The translations under genes were made by a program, and so were the position numbers. Below are positions 27,145-32,000 of a stretch of DNA of 32,000 nucleotides, piece by piece. Numbering within the stretch: the stretch's first letter is position 1; the number at the start of each line of letters is the position of its first letter. Below the pieces are notes generated by a model that saw only the letters and a list, made by a program, of their open reading frames with translations, ran no database searches and was not told the DNA's origin. The DNA is from Nitrosomonadaceae bacterium. GTDB taxonomy: Bacteria; Pseudomonadota; Gammaproteobacteria; Burkholderiales; Nitrosomonadaceae. The stretch is from the NCBI GenBank assembly GCA_965205785.1, contig OZ242188.1, positions 1,349,899-1,381,898 of the forward strand, read 5' to 3'.

Positions 27145-27173
27145 ACTATACATTATGCTCTACTTGTTGTCAA
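27145..27173 (-). promoter_or_regulatory. inward-facing near-consensus sigma70 promoter inside IRR (transposase promoter)
   Basis: Reverse strand TTGACA (plus 27168-27173), a 17-nt spacer, then TATAGT (plus 27145-27150), followed by GGAGA and the ATG at 27123. Confidence 0.5.
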
Positions 27174-27185
27174 GGGATATTTACC
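27151..27185. repeat. right terminal inverted repeat (IRR)
   Basis: cattatgctctacttgttgtcaagggatatttacc. Its reverse complement matches IRL at 28/35. Confidence 0.75.
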
Positions 27186-27193
27186 GTTATTTT
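27186..27193. repeat. right copy of the 8-bp target-site duplication GTTATTTT
   Basis: Exact copy of 24448-24455, directly abutting IRR. Confidence 0.8.
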
Positions 27194-27215
27194 AGTAAAA
27201 ATATGGGATTAATTT

Positions 27216-28415
27216 ATGTTGTTATCTAATTTTAGCGGGTACTGTCATTGTAATTTGCAGTTTGTAGCCCGCTTAAAGATAGTTGTTGTGTTTGTTACAG
27301 TCGTCATTCTGACGGCATGCAGTAATAACAATCAGGAAGCTCCCGGTAACATTTCTTCACAAATGGCTATGCCAGTCAGCGTGATGTCGGTTGATCCTAC
27401 AAGCGTGCCAATTAGTGCTGAGGCAGTAGCGCAAACTGAAGGTGCTAAGGAAGTTGAAATACGCCCCCGTGTGGGAGGTATTTTGCTGAAACGCTTATAT
27501 GATGAGGGTGCTGCTGTTGAGGAAGGTCAGCCAATGTTTTTAATTGATCCGGTTCCCTATCAAAATGCTCTGGCACAGGCCAAAGCCCAACTCACTGAAC
27601 AAAAAGCTCGAATTGAGCAAACTCGACGTGAAGAAAATCGTCTACAAGAGTTACTCTCCACGAAGTCAATTAGCCAACGTGAATACGATAATGCAGTATC
27701 TGAGAACGCGATTACAAATGCTGCCTTGCAGCAAGCTGAAGTTCGTGTACGGGATGCAAAACTTAATCTTTCATATACAACTGTAACTGCTCCTGTAAAA
27801 GGGATATCAGGTCGGCGCCAACTTTCTGAAGGAGTGTTAGTACAAGCTAACACAAGTTTACTGACAACGATCATTCAATTATCACCAATTTGGGTTCGTT
27901 TTAGCTTATCTGATAATGAATTGACAAAACTCGGAGGATACCTGAGTGAGCAAAATGTAATAAATGTAACGTTAATATTGCCAGATGGTACTGAATATAA
28001 TCAAAGCGGAAAATTAAATTTTGCCGCCAGAGAAATCGATCCTACCTTGGGCACACAACAGTTACGCGCAACATTTGATAACTCGGATCAGCAATTGTTA
28101 CCTGGACAATTTGTTCGTGTTCGAGTTACAACCGGTGAACAAAAAGGGATTTTTCTTGTTCCTCAGACAGCTGTTTTGACATCCGATCTTGGTAAGGCAG
28201 TTTATGTAGTTAATGAAAAGAATGAAGCTGTTATGCGGCCGGTTGTAACCGGAAACTGGGTTGGAAAAGATTGGGTGATTCTTGAGGGACTTAAAGCGGG
28301 TGACAAGGTAATTGTTGATAATCTTATCAAGCTTCGTCCAGGTACTCCGGTATCACCACATTCTAAAGATATGGGTCATGCGGAATCAGTAAAACAAACT
28401 GACTCTGGTGGTTGA
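27216..28415 (+). CDS. RND efflux periplasmic adaptor (membrane fusion protein, AcrA/MexA family) lipoprotein
   Basis: 399 aa. Lipobox VILTAC near the N-terminus, a coiled-coil hairpin region (AQAKAQLTEQKARIEQTRRE...), barrel regions such as ...Y..V.AP..G..G and ...G..V.V..G..VIV. Followed by the RND pump gene. Confidence 0.9.
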   Translation: MLLSNFSGYCHCNLQFVARLKIVVVFVTVVILTACSNNNQEAPGNISSQMAMPVSVMSVDPTSVPISAEAVAQTEGAKEVEIRPRVGGILLKRLYDEGAAVEEGQPMFLIDPVPYQNALAQAKAQLTEQKARIEQTRREENRLQELLSTKSISQREYDNAVSENAITNAALQQAEVRVRDAKLNLSYTTVTAPVKGISGRRQLSEGVLVQANTSLLTTIIQLSPIWVRFSLSDNELTKLGGYLSEQNVINVTLILPDGTEYNQSGKLNFAAREIDPTLGTQQLRATFDNSDQQLLPGQFVRVRVTTGEQKGIFLVPQTAVLTSDLGKAVYVVNEKNEAVMRPVVTGNWVGKDWVILEGLKAGDKVIVDNLIKLRPGTPVSPHSKDMGHAESVKQTDSGG

Positions 28416-28432
28416 AAATAACTGTAATTATC

Positions 28433-31400
28433 ATGACAAGATTCTTCATCACACGACCAATTTTTGCATCTGTATTATCCATTATCATTGTTCTGGCAGG
28501 GTTGGCCTCAGCAATGCAGCTTCCTATCGCTCAATATCCACAAATTGCACCGCCTACCGTATTAGTAACCGCTACTTTCCCTGGGGCAAGTGCAGAAACC
28601 CTGGCAAAAACAGTTGCTGCACCGATTGAAGAAGAGCTAAGTGGCATTGAGAATTTATTATATTTTAGTTCTAGTGCTGATTCCAGCGGCACATTAACAA
28701 TTACTGCAACGTTTGAAGTCGGGACTGATATTGATCAGGCGACATTTAATGTAAGCAATCGCGTGAACATAGCTTTGCCACGTTTACCAGATGATGTGCG
28801 TCGAACTGGTCTTGTAGTACAGAAGCGATCAAATGACATTCTGATAGTTGTTATGCTAATTTCAGACAAGGTTAAGCATGACACGTTGTATTTAAGTAAT
28901 TATGCAACACTTAATGTACTGGATGAATTAAAACGTATTAAAGGTGTTGGTGATGCAACTGTTTTCGGTGGTCAGGATTATTCCATGCGTATCTGGTTAC
29001 GCCCCGATCGCATGGCGCAACTTGGAGTAACTACATCAGATATTGCCAGCGCAATTCGGTCACAGAATGCGCAATATGCTTCTGGAAAGATCGGACAAGA
29101 ACCTGCTCCTGCAGATCAACAGCTAGCATATACCGTTGTTGCCAAAGGCCGTCTGTTGGAACCGGAACAATTTGGCAATATAGTTATTCGTGCCAGTGGT
29201 CCGCGAGGTGTTCTCTACCTTAAAGATGTTGCCCGTATTGAATTAGGTGCGCAAAGTTACAACGTACGCACCACACTTAATGGTCAACCTGGAACAGGCA
29301 TTCCTATTTTTTTACAGAATGGTGCTAATGCTCTCGATACGGCAAACGCTATTAAGGTCAAAATGGATGAGCTTAAGCAACGTTTTCCTGAGGGGATGGA
29401 TTATGTGGTGCCATACGATACCAGTTTGTTTGTTAAGGCATCAATTTGGGAGGTAATTAAAACGCTAGGGGAAGCAATGGTGCTGATTTTGCTCGTTGTA
29501 TTCCTATTTCTGCAAAGTTGGCGCGCTACACTGATTCCAATGATCGCGGTACCTATTTCTTTGGTGGGTACTTTTGCCGGTTTGTGGATGTTCGGGTTTT
29601 CAATAAATACGTTAACACTTTTTGCTATGGTGCTATCCATAGGTACTGTGGTGGACGATGCAATTATAGTATTGGAAAACATTGAGCGTTTAATGGAGGA
29701 AGAAAAATTATCCCCAATTAAAGCGGCTATTAAAGCGATGGAACAAGTATCAGGCGCAGTCGTTGCAATTGTACTGGTGCTATGTGCAGTATTTGTACCT
29801 GTTGCTTTTCTTGGAGGTATTGCTGGTGAGTTATATCGCCAGTTTGCTGTTACCGTAGCTGTTGCTGTGGTTATATCTGGTGTAGTGGCGCTAACCTTAA
29901 CACCTGCGTTATGTGCCATTTTACTGAAGAAAACACACGGAGAATCTGCATTTTTCAAAGCATTCAACCGTGGATTCCGTAAGTTTACTGAATTCTATAC
30001 TCGTACAGTTGACCTTACGATACGCCACAAAATTACTGGTACATTCGTATTTATAGGATTCATCGCAATTGCGATTTATTTACTTAAATTAGTGCCGGGT
30101 AGTTTTGTCCCACCTGAAGACCAGGGGTATGTAGTAACTGCAACAATATTACCCGATGGAGCAACACTTTCACGAACAACTAAAACAGCTGAAGCAGTAC
30201 GAGCTGCTATTGCAGATGATCCGGCAGTATCACATCAATTCGTTGTAAACGGATTTGATCTTATTGGTGGTGGTAATAAAACCAGCTCAGCAACTATGTT
30301 TGTTGCATTCAAAGACTGGTCTGAACGTTCAGCCTCAGCTGAAGATATTGTTAAAAAATTAACTGGTATTGGCATGATGCAACCTGATGGTCTGGCAATT
30401 GCATTTAACCCACCTGCAATTCGTGGTCTAGGAAACTCAGGAGGATTTGAAGTCTATGTGCAAAGTCGAGGTGATTCAAACCCCTTGCGCTTATCCGGTG
30501 TGGTTAACAATTTTATTGGAGAGTTAAAAAAAGAGTCTCGTCTGACCGGTATCAATACTTTTTTTCGCCCTACTGTGCCGCAGTTTTTTGTTGAAGTTGA
30601 TGAAGCCAAGGCAATCTCTCAGGATGTTCCGATTACTGATATTTATGCAACTTTACAAAGTACCATGGGTTCACTCTATGTTAACGATTTTAATCGGTCC
30701 GGACGTACTTATCGTGTACAGATGCAGGCAGAACCACAATATCGTATGAAGCCAGAGGATCTAGGGAGAGTGTATGTGCGGTCACAATCCGGCGCGATGG
30801 TACCTTTATCAGCTTTGAGTAAAGTAAGTGATTTAGTTGGTGCAGAACAGCTAGAGCGATATAACGGTTTGCTATCGGCAAAAATACTTGGGAGTGGGGC
30901 ACCTGGTGTCAGTTCGGGTGATGCTATTCAGTTAGTGGAAGAGATTGCTGCAAGAAATTTACCAGATAACTACCAGATATCCTGGACTGGTAAAGCCTAT
31001 CAGGAGAAACGAACTGGTTCAGCAGCAATCTTTGCTTTTAGTTTTGCAATTATTATGGTGTTTCTGATTTTAGCAGCACAGTTTGAGACTTGGGCTTTAC
31101 CACTAGCCGTGATTATGGCCGTACCTTTTGCACTGACCGGCGCATTACTTGCTGTGTTTTTACGAGGGATGCCTAATGATATTTATTTTCAGGTAGGTCT
31201 GATTGCCTTGATCGGACTGGCAGCAAAAAATGCAATTCTGATCGTGGAATTTGCAAGCCAGAAAATGGAGGAAGGCGTGCCTGTTGCACAAGCAGCTATT
31301 GAAGCTGCACGTATGCGTTTCCGTCCAATTGTTATGACATCAATGACCTTTGTGCTTGGGATTGTTCCGCTAGTAATTGCCACTGGTGCAGGCTCAGCTG

Positions 31401-31546
31401 CACGCCAATCAATGGGGACCGGTGTATTTGGCGGCATGATAGTGGCTACTTTTATTGCTACAGTATTTATTCCATTGTTTTTTGTTTGGCTGTCACGAAA
31501 AAATACAAAGAAAGATGGTGAAGAATCAGTGGGAGAAGCAGAGTGA
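28433..31546 (+). CDS. RND multidrug efflux permease (HAE1, AcrB/MexB family)
   Basis: About 1037 aa from the ATG at 28433 (MTRFFITRPIFA, the canonical AcrB-type N-terminus; the track's TTG at 28412 is rejected). It has 12-TM/two-large-loop organisation, with VVDDAIIVLENIER and GLAAKNAILIVEFA motifs. Confidence 0.95.
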   Translation: MTRFFITRPIFASVLSIIIVLAGLASAMQLPIAQYPQIAPPTVLVTATFPGASAETLAKTVAAPIEEELSGIENLLYFSSSADSSGTLTITATFEVGTDIDQATFNVSNRVNIALPRLPDDVRRTGLVVQKRSNDILIVVMLISDKVKHDTLYLSNYATLNVLDELKRIKGVGDATVFGGQDYSMRIWLRPDRMAQLGVTTSDIASAIRSQNAQYASGKIGQEPAPADQQLAYTVVAKGRLLEPEQFGNIVIRASGPRGVLYLKDVARIELGAQSYNVRTTLNGQPGTGIPIFLQNGANALDTANAIKVKMDELKQRFPEGMDYVVPYDTSLFVKASIWEVIKTLGEAMVLILLVVFLFLQSWRATLIPMIAVPISLVGTFAGLWMFGFSINTLTLFAMVLSIGTVVDDAIIVLENIERLMEEEKLSPIKAAIKAMEQVSGAVVAIVLVLCAVFVPVAFLGGIAGELYRQFAVTVAVAVVISGVVALTLTPALCAILLKKTHGESAFFKAFNRGFRKFTEFYTRTVDLTIRHKITGTFVFIGFIAIAIYLLKLVPGSFVPPEDQGYVVTATILPDGATLSRTTKTAEAVRAAIADDPAVSHQFVVNGFDLIGGGNKTSSATMFVAFKDWSERSASAEDIVKKLTGIGMMQPDGLAIAFNPPAIRGLGNSGGFEVYVQSRGDSNPLRLSGVVNNFIGELKKESRLTGINTFFRPTVPQFFVEVDEAKAISQDVPITDIYATLQSTMGSLYVNDFNRSGRTYRVQMQAEPQYRMKPEDLGRVYVRSQSGAMVPLSALSKVSDLVGAEQLERYNGLLSAKILGSGAPGVSSGDAIQLVEEIAARNLPDNYQISWTGKAYQEKRTGSAAIFAFSFAIIMVFLILAAQFETWALPLAVIMAVPFALTGALLAVFLRGMPNDIYFQVGLIALIGLAAKNAILIVEFASQKMEEGVPVAQAAIEAARMRFRPIVMTSMTFVLGIVPLVIATGAGSAARQSMGTGVFGGMIVATFIATVFIPLFFVWLSRKNTKKDGEESVGEAE

Positions 31547-32000
31547 AATTTCGCTTTAGATTATTTTACTTGCTAATTGGAATGAGCTTGTTAATTCAGG
31601 GCTGTATATCAGTTGGTCCAGATTATAAGCGTCCTGAAAGTAGTGATATTGTGCCAACTGAGTTCTCAGTTGGCAGTAATGTCATAGAGGATCATGATCA
31701 AATTGCTACTCCAATTTCAAGTACCTGGTGGGAACTCTATCAGGATCCAGTTTTAAATGATCTGGTGGCTAAAGCGTTGGAAAATAACACGGATATTAAG
31801 CTCGCTATAGCACGAGTTGAAGAGGCTGATGCATACTTACAAGAGGTGGGCGCTGCACTCTTTCCAACAATCGATTTTAAATCAAATGCAACACGCTCAC
31901 GTATCTCAAGAGTAAGCGTAATTCCAGTTTTTCCTGGATTAAATCCAGTACGCCAGATTTATAGTATCTCTCTTGGTACAGCATTTGAATTAGATTTCTG
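31543..32000 (+). CDS. RND efflux outer-membrane channel lipoprotein (NodT/OprM family), 3' end outside the window
   Basis: Not in the ORF track because it runs off the window. The GTG at 31543 overlaps the pump stop (GTGA). Translation VKFRFRLFYLLIGMSLLIQGCISVGPDYKRPES...WWELYQDPVLNDLV..ALENN.DIK.A.ARVEEA has a lipobox plus the VGPDY.RP signature. Confidence 0.88.
   Translation, partial: MKFRFRLFYLLIGMSLLIQGCISVGPDYKRPESSDIVPTEFSVGSNVIEDHDQIATPISSTWWELYQDPVLNDLVAKALENNTDIKLAIARVEEADAYLQEVGAALFPTIDFKSNATRSRISRVSVIPVFPGLNPVRQIYSISLGTAFELDF

Larger units (their letters stand above)
24456..27185. mobile_element. IS1595-family transposable element carrying passenger genes (2,730 bp)
   Basis: Bounded by imperfect terminal inverted repeats (28/35 identical; 21/24 in the outer 24 bp) and an exact 8-bp direct repeat. 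It encodes an ISXO2-like/IS1595-type DDE transposase at one end. Removing it plus one repeat copy restores a 110-bp divergent acrR-like/adaptor intergenic region. Confidence 0.8.

Overview
AT-rich chromosomal window, by eye roughly 40% GC. It looks like a betaproteobacterial ammonia oxidiser (Nitrosomonas-like), judged only from a beta-AOB-type AmoC and the gene order. About 29 kb is ordinary core genome. In order: hisG (partial) and murA; ridA-recG; pcnB-folK-dNK-panB-panC; a singleton amoC; priA; a fructosamine-kinase-family gene plus argH; an algZ/algR-like two-component pair; an IscR-headed suf operon (iscR-sufA-sufBCDS-sufU-nfu); and a tripartite RND efflux operon (adaptor, pump, partial NodT/OprM-type channel). 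The accessory part is 24.3-27.2 kb. A 2,730-bp IS1595-family element (24456-27185) has imperfect 35-bp terminal inverted repeats and an exact 8-bp target duplication (GTTATTTT). It sits in the 110-bp divergent region between an acrR-like TetR gene and the RND operon. Besides the transposase it carries about 1.7 kb of cargo: a 74-aa ORF, a small HNH endonuclease gene with an in-frame TGA, a 182-aa unknown protein, a 54-aa basic ORF, two plus-sense intrinsic terminators and a 67-nt tRNA-like element. That element has a 7-bp acceptor stem with G3:U70 and A73 and a canonical T-arm, but no anticodon arm, so it resembles a stand-alone tmRNA tRNA-like domain. The acrR-like gene itself has an amber codon at position 11. 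A (TACA)6 microsatellite abuts its operator-like palindrome. Other points of note are tandem IscR type-1-like boxes with an embedded near-consensus promoter upstream of iscR-suf, and the orphan amoC with a tandem 15-bp repeat upstream. No CRISPR array, rRNA or canonical tRNA was seen. All homology statements come from reading the translations and from memory of family motifs; no database was searched.
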